Source of the DNA: a virus
DNA length: 52,385 nucleotides
Reading direction: 5' to 3' (one strand)
IMG/VR virus record: IMGVR_UViG_3300028840_001809
The notes under the pieces: generated by a model
Told to the model about the DNA's origin: nothing
Database searches by the model: none
The model's input: the letters and a program-made list of their open reading frames with translations, nothing else
Shown here: positions 23,301-31,021 of the stretch, piece after piece
Position numbering within the stretch: position 1 is the first letter of the stretch
Layout: every line of letters starts with the position of its first letter
Program-made: the position numbers and the translations under genes

Positions 23301-25138
23301 GGCTTGGTTGCCACCATCTTCTGCTTGATATCGGGATGCTTGTCGAGCCATGCTTCGAAGTGCCGCGTGAACTCCGGCGCCTGTGCCCTCACATCGATGC
23401 CGCCACGAGCAATCTCAATCCCGCCGGTCAGGTAGCCGCGCAGGTACTCAGAAAGCCCTTCAGAAGCCCGTTGCTTCGTCTGGTCATAATCAAACTGCCC
23501 AAGCTCAGCCAGCGCTGCTTTCGGGATATCGCCCTTCAGGATTCGCGTCTCGGAGTCGAGGTAGTGCCCGATCGCCTCATGGACGGCCACGGCACCGGAA
23601 GCTTCCTCGCCGCGCGCCAGCCGGGCAACCTGCGGCTTCATCTTAAAGATGCCCCCGCGGCGCCCACCGACACGTCCCTCGCGGATCGGCACTCCCCAGA
23701 TTTGCCCGATCCGGCGCACAACCTCACGAGCGCTGACCCGCTCACCAGTGCCCTTGACCTCGGCTGGGAAGTCATGTTCAATCGGCCCCACCTGACGAAC
23801 CACCGCCGGCTCAGCCTCTTCTTGAGGGACTACGGCTGGCTTCTTGGCGGGGGTAGTAGTAACCTCCGGCGCGATCGGCTGCCCGGCCGCCGATTCCAAG
23901 GCCGCTGACTCTTGCTCAGTGGCCGCAGGCGGCTCGCTGGCGGCCTCCGCCCCCATGGCCGGCTCCTGAGTCGTCTCCGCCACCGGCGCCACAGGAGCCT
24001 CTGTGAGCTGCGTAGCAGCCTCCCTGACGGCCTTGAGCATCGTGGCAAGATGCTGCGTGACTTCCCGCCGTTGCTTAGCTGACTTCCCGGCTTCCGGGTC
24101 CATACCCCAGCGCTTCCAGGTCTTCCGGGATGGAGCCCGCTTCTCCTCCGCATGGGCGACAATCTCCGCTTCCCGTGCCGCGGCCCTCCGGCTCTGGGCG
24201 GCCCGCGCCACGCCGGGCGCCCCGGCCATGCCGACCGTAAGAACCGTCTGGACAGTGGTGTCCTCGACGATCTGGCGCAGGCTGTCCTTCGTGAGGCTCT
24301 CGGGGTCTACGCCGGCCACCTTGGCGGCGACGGCATGGCCGATCTCGGTCACCAGCTCCTCGGGGACCTCTTCCGCGACGGCCATACCCATCCGCTTCAG
24401 GGCCTCACGGACCCCGGATGCCACGGCCTGCTTACCGGCCACCAGGGATTCAGTACCACCTAAGCCGACCCGCTGCATTACCATGGCCGGCGCAGCCTCG
24501 ATAACCCCCTGACTGACTGCATAGCCGGCCAGCTCAGTGCCTCGCAGCCCTGCGTCCTTGCCCTCCGTAATTGCCCTGTTGGTCTCTTGGCCGGCAGCCA
24601 CTCCGATGGCAGCGTACGGCCCCCCGACCATCCCGGCGCCAGCCATGGAAGTCAGGGACCGCCCCGCGCCCCGAACCCCCCGCTGGAGGACATCGGGGAT
24701 CAGCCCGCCTACCTCGCGCTTCTGTTGAGCCTGCTCGATGGCGTCTGCCCAGCGAACCATCCGGTCAGCGTACTCGCCCTTTCCGGCCAGCCTGGCAAGC
24801 GGGGATACGATATCGGCCCCGGCCTCGATCGAGTACGCCCTGACGCTCGGGAGCGCCGTCTCGCCGAGTTCTTTGTGGGCCTGTGCCAGTAGCCGCTCTT
24901 CCTCGGCCCGGCGGAGAGCTTCCTCGCGTTCGGCCGGCGTGAGCTTCGGTCGCAGCTCTTCCTCCGGTGCTTCCTCGATGTACTTGTCAGCCCACCGAAG
25001 GACATCCAGGTCCACGCCGCCGGTACGATGAGTCTCGGTGTACTCGTCAGCCCACCGGAGAACATCAGCGTCCACGCCACCGGCGCGACGAACCTTCTTT
25101 CTGGCGTCAAGTTCAAGTAGTGACAGATCGAGTGGCAT
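20390..25138 (-). CDS. Giant internal virion / ejection-type protein (1582 aa) with an HExxH motif
   Basis: It has the N-terminal tandem repeat GGVD(A/L)DVLRWAD(E/K)Y, Gly/Ala-rich hydrophobic stretches, a Pro/Ala/Glu linker and AVAVHEAIGHYLD (HExxH). Its position is analogous to the large internal core proteins of podoviruses. Confidence 0.55.
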   Translation of the reverse strand: MPLDLSLLELDARKKVRRAGGVDADVLRWADEYTETHRTGGVDLDVLRWADKYIEEAPEEELRPKLTPAEREEALRRAEEERLLAQAHKELGETALPSVRAYSIEAGADIVSPLARLAGKGEYADRMVRWADAIEQAQQKREVGGLIPDVLQRGVRGAGRSLTSMAGAGMVGGPYAAIGVAAGQETNRAITEGKDAGLRGTELAGYAVSQGVIEAAPAMVMQRVGLGGTESLVAGKQAVASGVREALKRMGMAVAEEVPEELVTEIGHAVAAKVAGVDPESLTKDSLRQIVEDTTVQTVLTVGMAGAPGVARAAQSRRAAAREAEIVAHAEEKRAPSRKTWKRWGMDPEAGKSAKQRREVTQHLATMLKAVREAATQLTEAPVAPVAETTQEPAMGAEAASEPPAATEQESAALESAAGQPIAPEVTTTPAKKPAVVPQEEAEPAVVRQVGPIEHDFPAEVKGTGERVSAREVVRRIGQIWGVPIREGRVGGRRGGIFKMKPQVARLARGEEASGAVAVHEAIGHYLDSETRILKGDIPKAALAELGQFDYDQTKQRASEGLSEYLRGYLTGGIEIARGGIDVRAQAPEFTRHFEAWLDKHPDIKQKMVATKPLFDAYRRAGAVGRVKGQISKTGRDVAEIQPPLKKRVNEWKELLYTRIKEEGRPVARFVEEAKKRGYIPGKETDPFEDYSALRQIGPHFAANAIEHGVFRLSDHQMIGPSLIEALAEIEDDEDYENFVAWAYARHAVESWSKGKDPGITLQDAQETQKQLYDPRYERAAAKITAFNDALIDVLVDSGALEVAEAAKIKGYYQTYIPLRRARRRGGVGGGRKLVDLSKPLRGRSGSGLQIIDPLEATLSRAIQLYERAAKQVVTDKIVRVARETKGLGIWVERVPTKNLPTKFTISEIKDQLSGILADEFGEGGFTKEEIDTILSQVNPYTALTVWRPDLMTDKSGEPIARIMIDGQQQFYQLHPELHKSLGGLDTLQNLGIVTRVFRGLNKAVKIGATRANPDFILTNALRDLQTFLIQGERGLRGVFDPAHWATAYVLSEMRAASGEVGDPVVRLYKRMGGELSTYTGLDRDRLRKGVRRARAGRQDYLATGLNIAGTPEVASRLAEFAQVLHREGWLDRAKRGETPPMPVLIRAINAAHDVTVDFRRMGKWGRYLNYYIPFLNAQLEGFDKTVRTFRKYPGRTALRVVMNRIPLALTYWWFRHNDDDYRERPEWQDGFWTFPDEDGNPIVRIPKPHEWGLIDSAIERMLDAIYEKDPEPIERWFKQAIGTVLPNNYPAGITPLFETMFNYSSFGNRPVVSRRLQKLEPVDQYYDHTTKLARQAAMFLYEYSRERVNLSPAKIDHLADGLTGGGYRRLVKPVEKVAGSEEEWAASDVPGLGQVTFRGDYAKSVDDFYAERGRLAQRHESNRLLEKRGKPKREEDLPRWRRFEAVSSLMTQMLNEAKAGSAEERRVTDLALTGLARKALDREPLERYPNPLADPSGLPEVVAKVVRDHIGMKASTASRNIRGPRGWINPKTKETVESARQYLRDMDVPANEAAKAAFTRMLTQGYKRNTAMERARNLGNL

Positions 25139-25139
25139 G

Positions 25140-26192
25140 CTATCCCCTGTTATGCCTCCGCAGCATATCCTTAGCTCGTTTGATCGCCTGCGCGGCGCCA
25201 GATGACAGCCTCTCGCCGTGCTCTTTACGCCGACGCATCTCCTTTAAGAACGCCTGGGCATTGGCGACTTCAATCGGTAAGTCTTCCTCATCCCTGCCTG
25301 GGCTGACGCCCATCATTCGGTTCCGACCGATAAACTCACGGGACAAGTCTTTGCCTGCCTCATTGGCCACTTGAGGTGCTTGCTTCAATTCCGCGACCCG
25401 CTGCCTTAACAGCTCCTCTTCCTCGGGCGTACCATACTCCGGCACATCACCCGAAATCACGGCCATCATCCGATCGACATCTTCTTTCTCGGGAAGTCGC
25501 TGATTATCGGGTGGCCCGATAGGAGTCTTAGTTATCTGATGGCGAATGTCGAGTAGCTTCAGCTCTTTATCGCGAGCTGCCTTCTGCTCGACGTACTCTC
25601 TTGTCTGGTCATATCGCACAAGGAGCTTCTTCTCGCCTTCTGGCGTGACGGTGTACCACGAACCATCCGGCTCTTGGAATGTGTCACCTGGCCCATGTCC
25701 AGGCGGATACTGCGGAGCACTTGGATCGCGAGGAATGCCGGTCGGCAAGATTGAATCAATCTGCGCGTCGATCTCACGCCCCATGAGTTGCTTTTCGACA
25801 TCAGTAAGTCGATTGTTCCGCAGCAGGTCTTGCTTGGCATTCTGAAGCCTGGCGATCTCGGCTTTCTGCTTTGCTGTGTATTTGAAATCGACTGGAACCG
25901 CGGCCTGCCGTGCCTCCTCTTGGAGGCGCATCTTCTTTTCGATCTCCATCTGCTGAGTCTTTGTCTCAGCCATTCGCTCGCCGGCGGTTGGGTACTTGAT
26001 CCGGCCGTAATCCTCCAGGCGCGGAGCACGAGACGGGTATCGCCGGCCGCCACCGCCTCCGCCAACTCGCGGCGCACCCTGCGGGAACACACTCGGCACT
26101 TGAGGTGCCTCTGCCTGTGCGGCTCCGGCCAGTGCCGCCAACTGCACCAGCGCTCCGAGGTCCGCCTCACCATGCTTAACTCGTATCGCCAT
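25140..26192 (-). CDS. Hypothetical virion-module protein (350 aa), coiled-coil rich
   Basis: It lies in the internal-protein cluster and has a Gly-run (GGGGGRRYP) and charged helices. Confidence 0.5.
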   Translation of the reverse strand: MAIRVKHGEADLGALVQLAALAGAAQAEAPQVPSVFPQGAPRVGGGGGGRRYPSRAPRLEDYGRIKYPTAGERMAETKTQQMEIEKKMRLQEEARQAAVPVDFKYTAKQKAEIARLQNAKQDLLRNNRLTDVEKQLMGREIDAQIDSILPTGIPRDPSAPQYPPGHGPGDTFQEPDGSWYTVTPEGEKKLLVRYDQTREYVEQKAARDKELKLLDIRHQITKTPIGPPDNQRLPEKEDVDRMMAVISGDVPEYGTPEEEELLRQRVAELKQAPQVANEAGKDLSREFIGRNRMMGVSPGRDEEDLPIEVANAQAFLKEMRRRKEHGERLSSGAAQAIKRAKDMLRRHNRG

Positions 26193-26194
26193 GA

Positions 26195-26884
26195 TTATGC
26201 CCTTGCTCCGTATCGCGTTACTCCGCCTAGCCTTGGCGCGCCGGTAGTCCTAGTTGGTCCGCCACCGCCACCACTACCTATCGCCGGCGCACCGGAGCCG
26301 GTTAAGGTGATGTTCCCGAGTGCACTAAAGAGATCAGCGTTTCCAGTACCCTGCCCGAGAGCGTTGACAAGCGATACGATTACGTCAGAACTCGGATACT
26401 CATCCTCGCGCCGCTCGATGATCCCGAGCTTCGTCCCTTGCATCTCGTCAGCAAGGCGATTCAACGCCGATTGCTTTTCGCGCTCCACTCCAAGGCCCAG
26501 TACTGAACCAACTGTCGAGCCACCCCACCTGGCGAGTTGCTGTATGATGTCCGCCTCACGGCCAGCGTAGTCGCTGCGAATGTCAGCTTCCCGCTGCCCA
26601 GTGGTCTGGTCGGCAATGTCGAGGAGCTGCTTATACCGCTGCTCATTCGCCGCCTTTGCCTGGCCATATGCTGTGTTGTACTGGTTGATGAGTCGGCTCA
26701 AGCTGCCGCCTAGCTGCTCGGATTGCTTGGCCTGCTGTTCATAAAGCCGCTTCTGCCAGTCCCATTGCTCCTGCGCAAGCCTCTGTTGCATGGCCGCACC
26801 AGCATCGTACGACGAAGAAGTCATTCCAAACGGGCCGGTTGTCGTGGACATACCAAACCCAGAACCGCCGCCCCACATACCCAT
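26195..26884 (-). CDS. Hypothetical virion-module protein (229 aa from ATG 26884; ORF open to 26902), Gly-rich ends with a coiled-coil centre
   Basis: GGGAAGGG lies 8 nt before ATG 26884. The sequence reads MGMWGGGSGFG...GGGGGPTRTTG. Confidence 0.5.
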   Translation of the reverse strand: MGMWGGGSGFGMSTTTGPFGMTSSSYDAGAAMQQRLAQEQWDWQKRLYEQQAKQSEQLGGSLSRLINQYNTAYGQAKAANEQRYKQLLDIADQTTGQREADIRSDYAGREADIIQQLARWGGSTVGSVLGLGVEREKQSALNRLADEMQGTKLGIIERREDEYPSSDVIVSLVNALGQGTGNADLFSALGNITLTGSGAPAIGSGGGGGPTRTTGAPRLGGVTRYGARA

Positions 26885-26889
26885 ATTAC

Positions 26890-27837
26890 TTACCCTTCCC
26901 ATCCAGAGAAAACAACAGACCTATTGTCTATGTTGATGTAAACGTACGACGTTACCTTGCCTCCGTGTGGATCGATCGTGAAGCTATACTCTTCCTCTTC
27001 GGTGCTGTCGTCATCTCTTGTAATCACTGCGTTAAAGGTAACACAAAGGCCGGCGTTACCAACTGTATCTGCATCAAGTGTGATGCTGTAAACCTTACCT
27101 TCTACGGGCGAGGTACATACGGCAGTAATCGACGAATAGCTTGCCGAGCAAGTGAATTCACTAATCTCGTTATATGAAGTATCGTCAGACCACCAGATTG
27201 GATCGCCGTAGTAGCAGACCGCGCCAAACTGAGGCCAATCTATCTGCTCTGTTGGTGTCCGCGAAACCTTAACCCTGAGTTTCGGCGACGATGGACTGCT
27301 GATTTCATGGTCAGTCAATGTAAGCGTAACGCTAATCGACTTGATTGCCTCCAAGACAACAGCAGCTATAATCGGAATCTCGTCTTCTTCCGAAACAGAG
27401 TAACCAAAGGCATCGCCGTCTTCCGCGCACAACACGATACTATCGCCTATGTCGGCAGCACTGATGTCAAAGTAGAAGGATGGTTCACTTCCCCAGAAAT
27501 CACCAGTCAGATTCGAGTAATCCTTCTCTATTGAATCAGCGAAATCGTCACCGACATCCTCCTTAAGCTGGACAGTATCGCCAGTGCTCTTGAGAGTTGC
27601 TGTCCATGTGGTGTTGCCACTTGGCTCTCCAGTTCCGTAATCCGTATGGTCTGTCAACTTCCCGATAACCCCAGTTGCCTGCTCGCCTGGCACAACATAC
27701 GACGGCACAGTGAGTCCCATAGCCAACTCTGGCACGTACCCAGGTGGATATGGGCCAGGAAACAACCAGTCACCCCAGCCTGGCGGAACTTCCGGCGAAG
27801 ACGAGGCGGCAACTTTCGCTGTGTATGCTCCGGCCAT
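26890..27837 (-). CDS. Hypothetical structural protein (315 aa)
   Basis: It is directly downstream of the tail fibre gene and has a beta-rich, Asp/Ser/Thr-rich composition. Confidence 0.5.
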   Translation of the reverse strand: MAGAYTAKVAASSSPEVPPGWGDWLFPGPYPPGYVPELAMGLTVPSYVVPGEQATGVIGKLTDHTDYGTGEPSGNTTWTATLKSTGDTVQLKEDVGDDFADSIEKDYSNLTGDFWGSEPSFYFDISAADIGDSIVLCAEDGDAFGYSVSEEDEIPIIAAVVLEAIKSISVTLTLTDHEISSPSSPKLRVKVSRTPTEQIDWPQFGAVCYYGDPIWWSDDTSYNEISEFTCSASYSSITAVCTSPVEGKVYSITLDADTVGNAGLCVTFNAVITRDDDSTEEEEYSFTIDPHGGKVTSYVYINIDNRSVVFSGWEG

Positions 27838-27838
27838 G

Positions 27839-30800
27839 TCAGTTAATGACGTACGATTCGATGTTCCCGAGTGTATTTAGCGCAGGCGACGACACCGTGC
27901 CATTTCCTGTGAATGTTGAAGTCGATGCGTTGATGATTGTGTTGATCGTTGCATACGTACCATACGCCTGGTTGTATGTAATTTTTGCTGGGGTTGTTAT
28001 GCCGATCGTAGACGATGAAGTAGCGTACACTCCACTTTGCGTGTTCCCACTGACTACAGCGCCATAAGTATTCAGGATGCTGGTTATCGCATAAATGCTT
28101 CCAAACGTGCCGTCAGACCCAGAGAACACGCCGCGAACTGTTCTCCCGGTCCCAAAATTCAGTTGGAGATTTTGCGTATCATTTCCACAGGACATCAAGT
28201 AATCACCCTCAAGATGCCCAAACGATAGAACCCGCACACCAATATCAAACGAGGACACACCAACAGTGCTTCCAAGCTGCAAGAACGCCTTGCCAGTCAC
28301 GCTAATTCCGTATGTCCCGCCGGTCTTGTCGCCGACGAAAACAACCTTGTTGAGATTGCCAAGCGCACGAAGCTCGCCTATCTCTAGGCCAGTGCATCCA
28401 GAATACCCCAAGATTGTCTTGACGATTGTAACTGTTCCAGCCACCGCACCGCTCGGAGCCGAACTATGCTGATGCAATGACAGGATCGTTATCCTTGTGT
28501 TCACTGCATCGACGTTAGTGACCTCCCAGCAACCACACAGGCATTCAGGCAGGGTCCCACCAGAGACGTTATACGCCACCATCGCATAGTCGCCGACTTC
28601 AATGTTCGCCACACTATCCAGGTTCAGGATGATCGACCATGCGCCAGCAGAGCCAGAGGAGCTTTGAATCGAGCTTAACGTCTTGCTGTATGTGTTCTCT
28701 CCTACGATAGATATCCTTTTTCCGTCTTGATGCTCAAACACGTCAGTGGAAGACCACGCATACGTGCCATCACCAAGCTGAATCGTCACAGTGGCGCCTG
28801 GCCCGATCAGATAGTCGCCGATGTAAGTGAGCGCCTTGGCTAGCGTCGCCCATGGGCTGCCAACCGAGCCGTCTCCAGTCGTATCATCGCCACCATTCCC
28901 TGGCGTGGCGATGTAGTACGTAGTGTTTGTCTTGATGGCAGGCAGTGCATCTGAACCAAGCGTCACGTAATCGCCACCGTCCGTATACGTCAAAGGCGAG
29001 GCGGCTCGCAATACACCATCATTCGATGCAGCACCGATATATCCGGCTGTTGCGCCAGAATCCACTTTTACCTTTGCATCAGTATGCTCATCAGCAACAA
29101 AGCCAGTCAACGAATCATGGTCGATGTCGGCATCGTTAATCATTGTCGCATCGATATGCCCACCAGCGTCAAGCACGATTGGCTTGCCCGCATCGCCAGC
29201 ACCAGCGCTGCTGTTGAGATACTCGCTCTTCAGATAGTAAGTAACCTCAGAGCCATCGGCCGGCCCAGTCGTAAGAAACACTCCAGACTTGTGAATCTTG
29301 CCAGCAGAGCCAGCCAGCGCAGTACCCTCACCCGCATTGGCTACCTCGTACACAACAGACGAGTAGATGTTGCCGAGATCGGTCCAGGTAGCACCGTAGT
29401 CAGTTGACCGAAGCACCTTGCCGCCTATGGAAGTTCCGGCGATGCAAATGCCATGAGTCAGATAAGCGATTCCCTCAATCGATGCCTGACTGGCCTGCTG
29501 CCCAAGATCGGACCAATTCTCACCGTAGTCAGTAGACCTGAAAATGTGGCCATTCGGAGAAGTGCCAGCAAGCACTATGCCGTCGCCAACGTAGCAAATC
29601 GCCCACACACTCGTCGCTGAACCAAGCTGCCCCTTGCTTGACCATGTAGCCCCACGATCAGACGATTTTAGAATCAGGCCACCATTCGCAGTTCCCGCCA
29701 GGACCACCCCACTGCCGAGATAACATAGCGAGTAGATAATAGATTGCGAAAACTGCTGGCCAAGATCGGTCCAATTCTGCCCGTTATCGGTAGATCGAAA
29801 AATTCGACCTGAGCCTTCGCCAATTAGAACCGTGTCATCCCCAACGAAACATGCAGCCCAGAGGTTCGCGGCACTGTGCTGCTGCCCGAGATCGCTCCAT
29901 GTTGCGCCGTAATCAGTGGACCGCAATACCTTTCCACCAGCCCTGGTCGCAGCCACGACAACGCCACTTCCACAATTGGCGAGCCCTTCGACGTATGTTG
30001 TACTATGCTGCTGCCCGAGGTCGGTCCAGTTCTCTCCATAGTCCGTAGAGCGTAAGACGCGCCCGCCGCCACCACCTGCCAGCACGATACCATTGCCGAG
30101 ATACGAGAACGCCTTAATGTAGTATCCTGAGTTGTCAACTTCGTACCAATCAAGACCGATCTCTTCGGTAAACACTACCTGGCCATCGTCAGCAAAGCCA
30201 CCACTGGCCGCTGACGGAACCATTGTCGGGTCCACCAGGCCGACTGCATTCAAGACTATTGGCTTTCCGGCATCCGAAGACCCGGAGCTGCTATTGATGT
30301 GTTCAGCTTCAGTAAAGTACAGGCTATTAAGCTGCCCGCCATCGAGTTCCGTTTCAGTGTAGTATCGATTGTCAAGCTGACCACCGTCGAGTTCCGTCTC
30401 CGTATAGTATCTCGCATCACCACGCGTATCGTTATGATACTGAGGATGGTCGTCGTCATTGAGGCCGCTAACTGAACCATGGTCGATGCCGGATTGATCC
30501 AATCCAACGGTATCGTCAGTCAGCGTTATCGGCGCAGTAACAGCCAGATTTGTGTCATCAGAGATGTCGATCCCACTCAGACTAGCTCCAGTGTGCGTGT
30601 GCCCAGGGTCGGCGCCGCTGGTAACATTGACCCCCGTGATCGCTCCGGTCGTCGAGAGGTTCTCGTCATTGAAGCTAATCGCGCCAGTATCGCTCGTAAT
30701 CGTCGCACCATCGATCGTGATGTTGTCGATGTTCAAGAGGCCACCTGTGATCGATCCAGTTGTCGAGAGATTCTCGTCTCCGAAACTGATCGCCCCAGTA

Positions 30801-31021
30801 TCACTTGTGATTGCCGCACCATTGACTGTGATGTTGTCAACAGTCAGCAACGTCAATCCAGTTAGCTGCGTGCCCCATGCTGGCGCAGACCCTACGCCAA
30901 TCCCGACCAAGACTTCACCAGCGGCGCCATCCGTCAAAACGCCAGTGTCCTCCACTAAATATTGAAACGCCTGGCGAACCTCTGTCGGAACCTCTGGATG
31001 TGGAATACGACGCCTGGTCAT
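27839..31021 (-). CDS. Tail fibre/spike with N-terminal tandem repeats, a six-repeat BNR/Asp-box beta-propeller and a C-terminal beta-rich domain
   Basis: It is 1060 aa from ATG 31021, which forms an ATGA overlap with the upstream stop; the ORF is open to 31231. The six Asp-boxes are RSTDYGENW, RSTDYGATW, RSTDNGQNW, KSSDRGATW, RSTDYGENW and RSTDYGATW. Internal repeats are ITSDTGAISF(G/N)DENLSTTG x2 and YYTETELDGGQL x2. Confidence 0.75.
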   Translation of the reverse strand: MTRRRIPHPEVPTEVRQAFQYLVEDTGVLTDGAAGEVLVGIGVGSAPAWGTQLTGLTLLTVDNITVNGAAITSDTGAISFGDENLSTTGSITGGLLNIDNITIDGATITSDTGAISFNDENLSTTGAITGVNVTSGADPGHTHTGASLSGIDISDDTNLAVTAPITLTDDTVGLDQSGIDHGSVSGLNDDDHPQYHNDTRGDARYYTETELDGGQLDNRYYTETELDGGQLNSLYFTEAEHINSSSGSSDAGKPIVLNAVGLVDPTMVPSAASGGFADDGQVVFTEEIGLDWYEVDNSGYYIKAFSYLGNGIVLAGGGGGRVLRSTDYGENWTDLGQQHSTTYVEGLANCGSGVVVAATRAGGKVLRSTDYGATWSDLGQQHSAANLWAACFVGDDTVLIGEGSGRIFRSTDNGQNWTDLGQQFSQSIIYSLCYLGSGVVLAGTANGGLILKSSDRGATWSSKGQLGSATSVWAICYVGDGIVLAGTSPNGHIFRSTDYGENWSDLGQQASQASIEGIAYLTHGICIAGTSIGGKVLRSTDYGATWTDLGNIYSSVVYEVANAGEGTALAGSAGKIHKSGVFLTTGPADGSEVTYYLKSEYLNSSAGAGDAGKPIVLDAGGHIDATMINDADIDHDSLTGFVADEHTDAKVKVDSGATAGYIGAASNDGVLRAASPLTYTDGGDYVTLGSDALPAIKTNTTYYIATPGNGGDDTTGDGSVGSPWATLAKALTYIGDYLIGPGATVTIQLGDGTYAWSSTDVFEHQDGKRISIVGENTYSKTLSSIQSSSGSAGAWSIILNLDSVANIEVGDYAMVAYNVSGGTLPECLCGCWEVTNVDAVNTRITILSLHQHSSAPSGAVAGTVTIVKTILGYSGCTGLEIGELRALGNLNKVVFVGDKTGGTYGISVTGKAFLQLGSTVGVSSFDIGVRVLSFGHLEGDYLMSCGNDTQNLQLNFGTGRTVRGVFSGSDGTFGSIYAITSILNTYGAVVSGNTQSGVYATSSSTIGITTPAKITYNQAYGTYATINTIINASTSTFTGNGTVSSPALNTLGNIESYVIN

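Noticed and set aside
30290-30860. Tandem nucleotide repeats inside the tail fibre gene, considered as a possible DGR template/variable repeat or a CRISPR-like array
   Set aside because: The repeats are in frame, adjacent, and encode repeated peptide units. No reverse transcriptase gene exists in the genome, and there is no spacer-like alternation.
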